DNA of 64,000 nucleotides from Pseudogymnoascus verrucosus (lineage: Eukaryota). The stretch lies in the NCBI GenBank assembly GCA_001662655.1, contig KV460237.1, one strand, 5' to 3'. Below the pieces are notes generated by a model that saw nothing but the letters and a program-made list of their open reading frames with translations, had not been told where the DNA came from and ran no database searches. Made by a program: the position numbers and the translations under genes. Below, piece by piece: positions 1 to 12,700 of this stretch (its first letter is position 1; every line of letters starts with the position of its first letter).

Positions 1-1622
1 GGCTGCGGACTTTCTTTATCTTCGCTGCTGTTGCGGGGATGTGTATTCTCTGGGCTATTCCTGTCTCCGCCACTGCGCTCCTCGGTAACATCCCCGAACT
101 GATCAGGCAATACCACTGGCTCTCGTTTCTTCGCGGGGCCGAGACCGCTCTCAAAGCCGTTGCGGGTATCCTGCCCGCCGTTGTCCTGGCGCTGCTGATG
201 ATTCTGCCACCGCTCGTCTTCTACAACTTCGCGACGCTGCAGGGCAACCAAACGGGAAAGATGCGCGAGCTGTCGGTGCAGAACTACTACTTCTTCTTCC
301 TGTTCGTTCAGGTCTTCCTCGTTGTCTCGATTGCCAGCGGGACGTTTGCCACACTCGCTAGTATCGCGGATGTCACTTCCATCCCTGGTCTCCTGGCGCA
401 GAATCTGCCCAAGGCCTCCAACTACTTCTTCTCGTACATGATCATCCAGGCGCTGTCTACCAGCGCCGGTAGTTTGCTGCAGGTCGGCACGCTCATAATG
501 TGGATCCTGATGCCCAAGCTATTCGACAACACAGCGCGCCAGAAGTGGAAGCGCAACACCACCCTGTCCACAGTGCACTGGGGCACGTACTTCCCCACCT
601 ACACCAACTTCGCCTGCATCGCCATCATCTACTCCACAGTCGCCCCCCTGATCATGGTCTTCGCCATCATCACGTTCACCGTGCTCTGGCTCGCCAACCG
701 CTACTGCATGCTCTATGTCTTCCGGCACACCGAAGACACCGGCGGCCTCCTCTACCCGCGCGCCATCAACCAGAACTTCATCGGCCTCTATGTCATGGAG
801 CTTTGCCTAATCGGCCTCTTCTTCCTCGTCCGCGACGACAAGAATAACGCCGCATGCTTCCCACAGGCAATCATCATGATCGTCGTCATGGCCCTAACAG
901 CACTCTTCCAATTCCTCCTCAACCAATCCTTCGGCCCGCTCTACGAGCATCTCGCTATAACACTCGAAGACGAAGCCGTCCTCCGCGACGAAGCTTTCGA
1001 ACGCGCCCAAGCCGCCCGCCTCATGGAATCCGACCACGACGACTCCGACTCCGACCACCACGACGACGGCGCCGCCCGCAACCCCCGCGTCCCAGACACC
1101 CCCGTCTCCCACGACGACGACATCGAGCTCCGCAAACTCCGCACCTCTCAATCCGCCAAATCCGGCAACGGAAACGGCGGCACATTCAACCCCCTCAATC
1201 CCCTCCGCACAGGCGCCACATGGGCCACACGCGGAGCCCGCACCCTCGGCGCCGCGACATTTGGGGAGCTCGACACATCACACGCCCGTCGCCGCCGCAG
1301 GAAGGACGTAGAAGCCCAGCAGCTGATGGGAGAAGCCCTCTTCGGCGGGTACAATGACGAAATCGAAGACCTCACCCCCGACGAGCGTGACGCGCTTGTG
1401 CGTGTGGCGTTCCAGCACGAGGCGCTCAGAGCGAAGAGGCCCAATGTGTGGGTGCCGCGTGATGGGTTGGGGGTGAGCGATGAGGAGGTCAGGAGGACGG
1501 AGAGGGTGGGGATGGGGAATGTGTGGATTACGAATCGGGGGACGGCGTTGGATGGGAAGGGGAGGGTGATGTATGGCAGGAATCCGCCGGATTTTGAGGA
1601 GGTGAGCTTGATTATGTTGTAG
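1..1622 (+). CDS. CSC1/OSCA/TMEM63 (RSN1-like, DUF221) calcium-permeable stress-gated channel, 5'-truncated
   Basis: Multi-TM ORF open from the window edge; family-type motifs YFFFLFVQVFLVVSI, LAQNLPKASNYFFSY, IIYSTVAPLI, DTGGLLYPRAINQNFIGLY, and C-terminal AFQHEALR..P.VWVPRD.LGVS. Confidence 0.9.
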   Translation, partial: LRTFFIFAAVAGMCILWAIPVSATALLGNIPELIRQYHWLSFLRGAETALKAVAGILPAVVLALLMILPPLVFYNFATLQGNQTGKMRELSVQNYYFFFLFVQVFLVVSIASGTFATLASIADVTSIPGLLAQNLPKASNYFFSYMIIQALSTSAGSLLQVGTLIMWILMPKLFDNTARQKWKRNTTLSTVHWGTYFPTYTNFACIAIIYSTVAPLIMVFAIITFTVLWLANRYCMLYVFRHTEDTGGLLYPRAINQNFIGLYVMELCLIGLFFLVRDDKNNAACFPQAIIMIVVMALTALFQFLLNQSFGPLYEHLAITLEDEAVLRDEAFERAQAARLMESDHDDSDSDHHDDGAARNPRVPDTPVSHDDDIELRKLRTSQSAKSGNGNGGTFNPLNPLRTGATWATRGARTLGAATFGELDTSHARRRRRKDVEAQQLMGEALFGGYNDEIEDLTPDERDALVRVAFQHEALRAKRPNVWVPRDGLGVSDEEVRRTERVGMGNVWITNRGTALDGKGRVMYGRNPPDFEEVSLIML

Positions 1623-1992
1623 ATTGTTTTGTATAGATTGAGAGCGTTTTGAGGGCGTTGGATGGGAGTGTGGGGTTAGAATACAGTATATATTACCCAT
1701 CAAAGATATTATTTCACTGAAGTCGGAAGGAGGCACGAGTAATTACAGCAACTCTCTGACATTTCACAACTCATCCGATCCAAATCCCCTCTCACCCTCC
1801 CTCCCCTGCGCTCCACAAGCCGAAATCAGAAGCCGAAAACTAACCCGAAAACAGAAACCGAAATCAAGAACCGAAACGACAAAGACAAAAACCAAGCCAA
1901 CAAAGAACGAAAACTAACAAAAGAAAACTACGAATACAGACAACAACGCGAAAAGAAACGCTACTATATACAAAAACACAAAACTCTCACAC

Positions 1993-4900
1993 TCAGCGCC
2001 CCTTCTCCTCATCCTCCTCCACCCCCACCCCAGGACCGTACACGCACTGCACGTTGTCCTTGGCGCACTCGTCGCAGGGTTGGCCCCTGCTGCACGACTA
2101 TTCAGTGTTAGCATCTCTCCATTCAACCCAGGGGAACAGTGAGGCAAGAAATCCAACCCCATTTCGGTGCCTAAAATCGGCTTATAAAACAGGGAAACCG
2201 ATCTCAACAACCATGATCAGGGACAAGGGGAAAGGAAAAGAAAGAAGGGAAACTAACAGCCCAATGTCTCCTCCTACACCTCCGACACCTCGGGTTGTTA
2301 TCCCGAGTCTTCGACACCCTCCCCCGCCCATTCAGGAACCACACATGCCGATACGCGGCCGGGACCGGGACACCAGGGGACGAAGTCGCCGCGCTCTGGA
2401 GGGCAGCGAGGGTTTCGGAGGGGGAGGGGCCGGTAGGGACGGGCGCGGGGAGGGGCGCCGAGGTCATCATCTCCATCATCTCTTCAGCCGTCGCAGGAGC
2501 CGCAGGGGCAGGAACAGCCGCAGCAACACGCACCTTCGCACGGCTCTTCCTCGCGCGTTTCTTCGGCCCAGAAGCCGCTGGTGGTGGTGGTGCCGCAACA
2601 GGCACCGGCACGGGGGGAGCAGCGTACACAACCCCCCTCCCCGGTTCAAGCGGCAAGTTCAACGACGCCGCAACCCAGTCCGCGACGTAGTCCTCCGTCG
2701 CGATGTCTGGGTCTGGGTACGTGAACTGCTGCTGAACCGGGGAGGGAGCAGGCGAGATCCACGGGCTCAAGTAGGCTGGAACGGGTGCTGGTGCCGGGGC
2801 CCAGGGGCTGACGTAGGCGGGGGCGGGTGCCGCGACCGGAGCCCAGAAGTAGGGCGGGAGACCGGGGTCGGATGAGGGCTGGTAAGGGGGTGTGGCGATG
2901 GCGGGGAAGACGTCGAAGGTTGGCTGGTTGAGGGTCGGTGCCAGGAAGGCCGGGTCGATGAGCGCCGGGTCGATGGGGAAGCCGCCCGCGTTGCCGTAGT
3001 CGCCGTAAACGGCTTGAGGGGAGGGAGGAGCCGGTGTGCGCGTGACGGGGATGTACGGGTTGGCGGGGAGGTAACCGGCGAGGGAAGGCGCGGGGTGAAG
3101 GCCGGAAACGGTGCGCATGTCGGCGCCGGGGGGGAACTCGGGAGCGGCAGCTTGGGCGAACTGGGCCCCGGCGAGAGGGGTATGGCAGCTTGGGCCATAC
3201 GCCGACTCGCCGGCGCCCGAGAAGATGGACCTACCACCACCAGTGGTGGTGTGGTCAGCACGAGACGGACGTGGCGCCTGATACACGTCTGTCATGTTCC
3301 CCGAGGGGACCTCATACTGACCAGCCTGTGGGAGTTAGTAAAGCTGAAGAATGGAAGTTGGGGTTTTTATACAGTGGGAGCCGAGAAGCATGGAAAGCCG
3401 GGAAGAAGGCCGTGGATGGAAATAGGGGATAGGGGATTGGAAAGAAAGGGGGAAAACTTACACACTTCCACTGGTGGTGGTAGGTGATGATGGCCGAGTA
3501 GGTCTTGCGGCAGAAGAGGATCTCCACGTTGGTGTTGACGAAGCAAGTGTCCAGCTTGTGCGGACACGCCTGGTTGAACCCCCAGTTCGACACCTTGCCC
3601 AGCGAACCTCCCTCCGTCAACTCAATGGCGACCTCACCCCACGCCAAGCCATCTCTCTTAACAACATCCATCAGCAGCCCCGTGACCCAAGTTATCATCG
3701 CCTCGCTCGTTGACTCAAAGCAGGCATCCTTGACATAAATCCCAACGTGTCTCGGAGATGGTGCCATAAGACACAGCTGTGGGCTCAGCTTCAGCGCAAA
3801 CATATGCTCATTGGGATTCTTCTTCATATGACTGTTCTTCCTCGGGAGACGGATATGATTCAGGAGGTCTTGAAAGCCCTTCTTGAAGTCCTCCATCGTC
3901 GCGAGAATCTTCTGCTGTTCGGCGACACGCTGAGGTTCTTTCTCTCGCTCGGCGTGGTACTGACCCTGCTTTTCTGGGGACAAACCGTCGGTGGTGTCCA
4001 TGTCCTCAAAGCCTCTCTTCTTTGGGGTGAGGTTTTTGAGATTAGAATCAGTGCTGGAAGATATGCTACCTGCCGAGGGTTCTAGGTGGAGTGCTGTCCT
4101 TTTCTTTGAGCGTGGTCCTGAGGATGGAGCAGAGTTGCTTCCGGACGAAGATGCAGAGTTGACCTTCGGCAATGGAACAGCATTGTCCTCTGAAAATGAA
4201 GCAGAGTTGCTTTTGGATAACGGAGAATCTTTGTAGTCGGAGCTTGACGGGGTGTTTTCCCCTGGAGATGGAGCAGATTTGATTTCTGAAAGTGGAGAAG
4301 AAGATGGCTCCTTTGAAACTGGAGCGGATGTGCCCTGTGATAGTGGGGTAGATGCAGCCAGGCTTTCTGAAAATGGAGTCGAGTTGCCCTCGGATGATGA
4401 AGCGAAGTTGCTCTCGGACAGTGTAGGACCAGGGGCAGGCTTCTTCAGGCGTAACTTGAGGCGGGAAGGGGCATTTACTCCTGAAGACTCAGGGGCTTGG
4501 ACATCATTGCAAGTGGCTGTCTTAAGAAGGCGAAGCTTCTTCTGCGACCGAGACGAGTCTTTTTGGGGCGAGGTGGAGCGCATATCCGGCGCTGGGCTTG
4601 CTGCACGCTTGTTTCCTTTGCGCGAAGATGTGTTTGGATCTGAAAGATGCTTTCTCACTCCTACTTCAGCTTGTTGAACGAAACTCATCTCCGCCTGCAA
4701 GTCAGGAATAGCGATTCTGTTGGCCGAACTCTCATCTGAACTCCAACGAGTCTTCTTGGAGCCTGTCCCTTGTGGATTATAGGATCTCATGTCCAGCATT
4801 GGACCAGGCGCCTCAGTGCTGTTGTTGCTTGAGGCCAGGCGTGGACGGAGGTTTCTCCTCTTTGGCTCTTCCTGTGGTGTATCCGAAATTAGGTCCGACT

Positions 4901-5318
4901 TTAGAGCAGATGCAACAGATATGTTGTTGCTTGAAGAGGCCTCTGATTGCGATTGGAGCTTTTTGAGGCGACGCTGCTCTGCACGCTTCTCTGAACGTGA
5001 CATTGACTTGCCAGGCTCAAGATCTGGGGTGTCGGCGACATCGGATTTGTTGCTTGAGGTCACGAATAAACGGAGACTTCTCCTTGGCTCTTCTTGTGGT
5101 AGAGTGAAGCTTGCATCCGACTTTGGACCTGGGGCGGCGGTGTTGTTGTTTGTTGGAGTTGGAGATACATCTGCATCTGAAAACTTCTTTGAACGCTTCT
5201 TGGGGCGTGTAGTAGAATTGTTCAGTTCAGGCTCTGGGGGTTGAGCAATGTTGTTTGAAGGTGGCCCAGACTGCTCAGAAGACAGCCTCTGGCGCTTTTC
5301 CGATCTGGTGACTGGCAT
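1993..5318 (-). CDS. ~1009-aa low-complexity protein with C-terminal Zn2Cys6-like domain; exons 5318-3462, 3325-2258, 2097-1993
   Basis: Intron 3461-3326 (GTAAGT..CTAAC..CAG) joins the 682-aa and 363-aa ORFs in frame. Intron 2257-2098 (GTTAGT..GCTAAC..TAG) adds SCSRGQPCDECAKDNVQCVY after CRRCRRRHWA. Confidence 0.75.
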
Positions 5319-5334
5319 TGTGATTGAATTGCTG

Positions 5335-6270
5335 AGATCAATCTTTTGGAAAATCAACAATGTTGCTGGTTGAATTTATCAGACACGACCCTGATCTTGT
5401 GAGTTGCTTTCGAAGTACTGAGGAGTCAAACACGAATCCGATCTGGTGAGTAGCTCTGAAGAATAGAGTAATTGCTGATACAAATCTTTGGACTTATAGA
5501 AACCCCTCTTGACGAGTTTCTTGAACACTGTTCGAATCTTATATATAAGCTTCTGAAGCAAAGAACAATTGTTGATATCAATCTTTGGATTTGTTGCAAG
5601 GTTGTTAGAGAGGAATCAAACTTGAGGTTTGGAGCAAGGTCGCTGGATGAATTTGTTGAACACAACTCTGATCTTGCGGATAGCTTGTGGGCGAAGACGA
5701 ATTGTTGATATGAATCTTTGGGCCTGAAAGAAGAAGGGTGTTGGAAGAACTTTTTAAGGTGAGGCTCCAATGTTGTGAGTGGTTGAGAGTGAAATTGTTG
5801 AAGTCAAACTTTAGACCTGGAGCAAAGTTGCTGGAAGGGTTTCTTGAGTGCAATTCTGATCTTGAGCAAAGCTTGATAGCGAAGAGGAACAGGTTGTCTC
5901 AATCCTTGGTCTCGAAGTAAAGTTCGTTAGAAGGAATTCCAAGGTGAGACTTGGTCGTGTGTGTGTTGTGCGAACAGCGGAAAGTACACTTTGGACTTGG
6001 TGTAAAACAACTGGAACAAGCTTTTGTATAAGACTTGAATCTCTCAAGTCTCTTTTGGAGTAAAGAGTAACTGCTGGTAGTAATCTTTGGATTTGAAGGA
6101 AGGTTGTTGGAAGAATTGGATCTTCAAATGAGATTCTGGTGTTGTGATTGGAATTGAGAGCAAATTGATATGATCAATCTTTGTACTTGAAGGAAAATTG
6201 AAGTAAAGTAGCTAGAAGAAGTATCAATCTTTGGGTTTGAAGTAAAAGAGTTGGAAGAAATTGTTGGATG
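5335..6270. repeat. Degenerate dispersed repeats (recurring AATCTTTGG core and a longer TCAAACTT..TGGAGCAA..GCTGGA..TCTGATCTTG unit)
   Basis: AATCTTTG(G) occurs near 5482, 5580, 5713, 6082, 6176 and 6226; two related ~60-bp blocks lie near 5612-5677 and 5800-5866. Confidence 0.6.
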
Positions 6271-6751
6271 TTGTGGTTGAATTTGTGATATCGAAGTTGG
6301 GTTGAGGGGTTCGCCTGTAAACAAACCTCAGGAGGTGAAATCCCCCTTAGTGGGGTCAACCTCACTTCGACATCACCCAGCCTACATTCTCAGCCTTATT
6401 ACTTGCAATTACTTGCAATTAATACTTTATTCACTCAAGCCGCAGATTAAAAATAATAAAACAAGTCTTATCTCATCGAGATACCATTCAAAATAGAGGT
6501 CCTATAATACAAATTGAGTTTAATGCCCCTTTCCACGCTCTCAATGCAACCCCCTTCAAAATAAAAACGCCGGCGCGATGCCACACAACCATTCTCCCTG
6601 AGAACCAATACACATCCCCATCACTCCATCTGTGCGGTATATCTAAAGCCTCTTCGCCCCAATATCCTCCTACCACATCACCACCACACCAAACTTGAAT
6701 ACACAAAAGAAACTCCCCTAATGCAAGCATGCAATCTCTGTCCGCAGGCCC

Positions 6752-9700
6752 TTACGCCTGCCTAGCCCTCTTATCCCGTCCGCGATCCTGTCCCCCACGA
6801 TCCTCACCCCTTCTCTTCCCAATACTCCCCGACCCATCATCGCGGCCACTCCTCGACTCGCGTCTCTCATCCGCTCCCCCCCTACTACTCCTCGACCCCC
6901 GCGATCGTCCGCCCTCGCCGCGGCTGGACGGTGGCATATTTCCACCCTGCGGCTGGGACTGATACCCCGGACCGCGGTTAAATCCCTGGTCCCCTCTCAT
7001 CGCTGCTCCCCCATCGCCTCTCTTATCACCATCCCTTCCGTCGCGTCTGCTCTCGCGCTCTCTCCCCTCTCCAGGCGTCGAGGGTCCGCTACGTCCGGAA
7101 GCGCGTCGACTCGACTCCCTCTCGCCGTCTCTGCGCCCACTCCCACGGAAGTCAGGTCGGTCGCCCATCATCTCCGCCCGCGGATCGGGGCCGGGGATAT
7201 TTTCCTTGTGGCTGCGGTCCCGACTGTGCGACCGCGAGGTGCGATGGCTACTACGCCCAGAGCGCTCGTGTCGGCCTGAGTCGCGCGTGGAGCCACTGCG
7301 GGCGTCTGGTCGGTCCTCACCCATGCTTTGGCTGAAGCGGCCGCCGAATTGGTCGCCTGGTGAGGGCTCGGGTGCGCCCATTCCCCTCCCTGGGCCGCCG
7401 TCTCGTGTATCAGGACGGGGTCCGCTAGGGGTGGATGGGCCAGAGCCAGGGAAGCCTGGCATGGCAGACGACGACGACACGTTGCCTCTGCCGCGGACAT
7501 TGATACCGCGGTCATTGGGACGGTCGAATGTTTTTGGCCTTTCCGTCTGCCCTGCTTGCTGTAGTGTGCTGTTGATGCCGGCAAGTTGTCTCATAGGCCC
7601 TCTAGCACGGTCTACAGGCGGGAACGAGGGTCCAGTAGGGACATTCGATGAGGCTGACGTAGGCGTCGCAGGTCCCGCTTGCTGACCTCTCGGGCCAGAT
7701 GGTGTACTGGCGCTCAACTGAGATGGTTCTTGTCGCACATTCCCGGTTTGCTGTGGTGATTGAGTAGCTGCAGGGAAGGTTGGGGTGTCCTGAAAGCCGC
7801 GCATACGAGATGGGTGGACGCCTTCAGGCACAACATTGGCTGGAGGCGCTGGGGCGGCTTGAGTACTCTTGGCTTGAGTGTCCTGTCCAAGATGGCGCAT
7901 ACGCTCGGGATGGACGGGTACAGCAGATGGCTTGACTGCGCCAGATTGCGAGCGATCTCCAGCTGGCCCAGAAGGCGGTGTATTGTCAGGCGATGGCGGT
8001 CGAGGTGGTCCTTGCTGTCTTGTATCGGAACGAGACATGTTGCCACTGGCTTGTCTATTACTGCCCCCACGTCCATAAGAAGTTCTTGGTCCAGATGGCA
8101 CGTCTTGCAAAGGAGGCGACGAGGGATTAAGTCGGCCAAAGCTCGACTCTCCAGGTCTACCGGCGGCATTTAATCTCCCATGGTCCAAGTCTACAGGGCG
8201 TTTTGGCGCAGCTGTTGGCTGAAACGCGTCTCTGGACCGCTCAGCGGGTCTATCAACATCGCGAGGTGGGAATGAAGGGCCTTGATTGGCATCACGGTCT
8301 CCAGGGATGCGATCTCCTCTCCTGACGTCCACGTCTCTGTCTGGGCCACCATGGCGATCACCTCGTCTTGGCGATTGGGCCCTTGGGTGGCTCCGATCAT
8401 CTCTGAAACCGCGTGGAGAGCCAGATCTCGCAGTATCCGACCCAGCAGATATAAGGGCTGCACGAGCGGGGTTCACTGCGGGATCGGCTAGCGCGGAGCT
8501 TTGGTCGGCTTGGGGAGGTGCGGATCTGGAAGGAGGGATAACATCTTCGCGAGAGGGTCGACCATTCAGGTCTGAACCTCGAATGTCAAGAGGTGGCCTG
8601 TTTCGGTCCCTATCGCCTGGGAAGAACTCCGCACCGCGGCGAAGGGGATCGACGCGGTCTCTGTGACCATCGCGATCAAAGGGAGGCCTATCGGATGGCC
8701 TTTCAAGACCTCGGGCGTCCAGGCTTCGGCGATCGTGGCCAGGGCCATCACGAGGCCAACGAGAACTGTCAGCAGGATACTCTGCCCTTGGCTGGTGTGC
8801 GTCTCTGCGGCCCGCGCCGCGCGCCGGAAGGTTGCGTTCAGGGTGAACGTGAGGAATAGGTACTTCGGGGCGAGTAGGAAGGTTGGAAGGCGGCCTGGAG
8901 GGCGGTCTATCTTGATTTGCTGGGGCCCGTGTGAAATCTGGTCGTGGCGGTGGGCCGGTCTGGCGTTCATTCTTAGCGGGGACTTTTGGAAGACCACCTC
9001 TTGCTGGGATGGGGGTTGCGTTTGCTTCCGAAGCGATGGCATTTGTAGGAGTAACGCCAGTGGCAGCAGCCTTAGCAGCCCTTGCATCATCGACCTCGCC
9101 ATCCTCAACCTCTCCTGCCTTTCGCTTGCGTTCGGGTTTCTCGTTGCTACAGTATGTTAGACAGTGCCTTTCGAGGGTCGCGATATAATACTTACGATAT
9201 CTTGGGAGATGGGTTGAACTCCGGGGCTGTTGGCTTCAACGTTGATTTGCCTTCAATCTGTGGTGATCCGCCCTTCGCCGCTTTAGCCTGGCCATTGGCT
9301 AGTTCACCCTGAGAGAAGTTAGCAGATGAAATAAGGTTGATGTGGCTAGTTGACTTACCAGGTTGCTCGCAAACGCTTGCGGCATAACCCACTTCTTTTC
9401 CCTCTTCTTCAATTCCGGCATAGACGCATTAGCCAGAAGAGACAGATCCTCACGCTTCCCCTCCTCACGCTTGGCAAGTGTAATGAGAGCGTTTTGGAAC
9501 GCCTTGCCCATAAAGTCAACCGCTGGGAAGTGCTCGACGACCGATTTCAACACCGTGATGGAGTTGCGAATATGCATCCACTCGGACCCGCCAAGGCAGG
9601 ACTTCAGGGCGGTATTCAAGTTCTTGTGCCAGCCGAAGAAGATCCTGCGGAAATCCTCGTACTCCAGGAGGGCCACTGGCTTCGATGTAGTCTCGTGTAT

Positions 9701-12700
9701 GCTCTTCGCGAAGCCGGGAAGATCTTGGTTAGGTCCCCATGCCTCCTTCTCGTACACGGCCTTGCTCGCGTGCCAGCGAGCGAGGTCTCCCAGTATCAAC
9801 TTCAAGAATCTACCAAAACACTCGGCTTCACGAATGGTGCAGGAGAATATGATCGAGCGAAGTCGGTTTCCCCGGAACAGTCGCGCCAGTAACCCGAGAG
9901 TTCTGAAATGAGGTGTCGAGCTGTTGTGCAGGAACTTGACCATCTTGAATGCGTAATCCGCGTCGCTAGGCGATAAAAGTAGACGAGGCAGGAAACACTC
10001 TTCAAGAAGAGTATCATTCAAGGCATCATATCTCTTGTTGACATTGCTGAACCATTTCCCCTTCTCCTTATTCAAGCGGGCTCTGTTGCGGCCAAATTGG
10101 CTCATTTGTTCTTTCGACTCGTTCAACAATTCTTCCTTGATGACTTCAACGGCCTTTCTTGCTTCTTCCTTGCGAGCCATGCCAGGCCTGGTCATATCAC
10201 TTCGATCCTTCATGATTTCAGCCATCTCTTTCGTCAGTCGCGCATTTTCGATTGTGTAGCTGTCCATAGGAACTTGGATATCGGAGAGAGAAAGCTGCCA
10301 GAACGTGACGTAGAATTCAGGATTGAGAAGACCCCAAGGCTTGTCGGGTAAGGCTACACGAACGGACTCTATAAGCGGTGCGAGAACTTCTAACCAAGGA
10401 TCTTCTGCGGTGGTGGCCGGTTCAACGGCGTTGTCTGTTGTTCCCGCCTCGGGAGTTTTAATCATGTCGACATCGTCATCTGCAGCATCACCGTCCATGC
10501 CAACATCACCGTCGATATCAATCACCGCGGGCACGCCGTTGGTCTCGGTGATTTCCTTGGGAAGTTCGGCCGGTCCAATGCCAGACATCTTGTAAGCAAA
10601 GCTTGGTCGACCAATGGCAAAGGCAAGAGCTGGGTCGAGGCCGAAATCAACCATCAACTCGCAGGTATCCGGAACAAGATTGTCGAATTCTTCGACAGTA
10701 AGATTGCTTCGCAAGAGATCGTTGAACTGGGTTAGGATTCGCTGTGCATCATCCACCATGGTAGAAAGGTATTTGATGTGCGCCTCGTCTTCAGGAACAG
10801 AGAAAATAGCCGCCTGTCGGTGTTGGGCGATAGAGATCAGTAGTTGGCCAGCGAGCCTCGTCTCCGTGAGTGATTTCATCAATCGCTTGGCCGTCTTCAC
10901 GGATTCAAATCGCCTGTCTTGAAGGCTGATTAATGTCTGGCGGCGGAGGACTTCGCCTCCCGTCATCGCAAGGAGTTGAGAGTCCGTGAAATCTGTGTCG
11001 GGAACAACACCTGACATCTGGGCAATAAACTCTTGCAGAATGATGAGGTCCGTTGAATTGCCTCGATATAGCTGGTCGTTGACATATTGGAGGATTGGCG
11101 CCGGGTTCATAATTGAATATCGCTTGAAGACCTTTCCAGAGAAGTTGGAGAGGGCAATCAGCCACCTACTGGTAAGTAGAGCGGAGTCGTCACGAGTGCG
11201 GCTCCTGGTCTTTCCACCGAGGGAGCTCATTAGAGACCATATGAGAACATCGTAGCCTAAGTCGGTAAAGTATCTCGCACATTCAACAACAACCTCAGTA
11301 AGATTGCTATAGGATTCAATTTGATCCAATGCAACCTTGAAAACGATTCCAGGGTTCGCATAGGCTGTCTTTGCCAGTGCGCGAGCCATGGCAGTCAGAT
11401 TCGTCTTGCTAATACGTTTCATAGTGCTCAATGTTTCCAGTCTTGCGCGCGTGAACACCGTCGTCATGGCAGGAAGCCTGGATGTTTGTCCTTCAAACCA
11501 CTCCGCATATATATTGTAGCGGAGAGGGGCTGGGTAATAACGGAGCATGTCGTATATTTCGTTGACGACATTTGTGTTGGCCGCTGTGTGGCTGAGAGCA
11601 GGGACAAGAAGCCTTTTGAGGAGATCCTGCCATCTTGCTAGGTTTGCCTCCGATGTATCCTTTGACAAACTCTGATTACCAATGCTGGCCAGTTTAGACA
11701 GTAATGCACAGTCCCTGCCGATGTGAACCCCAGAATAGTTGAGAAGCGTGCCACACAAGGTAAATATGTCGTCGACTGTCTGGCAGACAGGTATCGAATC
11801 CGCCCATTCGTCCCAGTAGAACTTGTAAGCAACGCCATCGCCGACATCAAATTTCGCTGGGAATGGCCAACGAAGAGATTTGCGGGGAGTAGATTCAACT
11901 CGTCGTACGTCTCCCTTTGGCACCCTCGATTGATCCTGATCTGAGAGCTTCTTCATAGGCAACACAACTTCATCTGCATTGGAGGGCTTCGTAGATTGGA
12001 AGACCTTCTCGACGGAATGGTGTAAGATGCGATGGAGGCGGTCGAGAACCTCCGGGTACGCCTCAGGTATCCATGGGAAGCGTCCCAGCAGGAACAAAGC
12101 CTCTGGGATAGCACCAATTGTAAGGAGGTTGACGAGCAGAAGCACTTTCTGTTCAACAGGTTCTGGTAGTTTGTCTTTATCTTCCTCTGCTTCAACGGGG
12201 GCACCAGCACCAGCATCGGCTTTCGAGCCAGGAATATCTCGCATCCTTCCACCGCCAGGAAGAGTGTCGTCGGCCAGCGCACCAGCCATCATGAGTGCGT
12301 TCGCCCCGCCTCCAGGCCGGTTGAGCTTCTCCTTTTCGGCATTTTCCTTCATTATCTTCGTCCTGAGAGCCTCCATATCTTCGTCGAGGGGGTATAAATG
12401 CGGATACAAGTCTCTCAGCGAGATGAATCCGGTTTTGATCAAGAGAGCGGTGAGGTACATAAGATTTGCTGGAAGAATATCATCCATCTCCCGAGCTGGC
12501 GAGGTATAAAATCGTAGTTTGAACCCAAGTAACTGTGCAGCAACCTGGTTGCCCAGTGGCGGGAGGGTACCTGTTGCCTCGATCCATTGCCTATCCGAAT
12601 TCGATTGATCGTCGGCATTGGATTTGCTAGCAGCAATACGTTCTTTTGTTTTGGAGTCGACTGGCCGCCTGCCGCCGAGTTCGTAAAATGCATCAATGCC

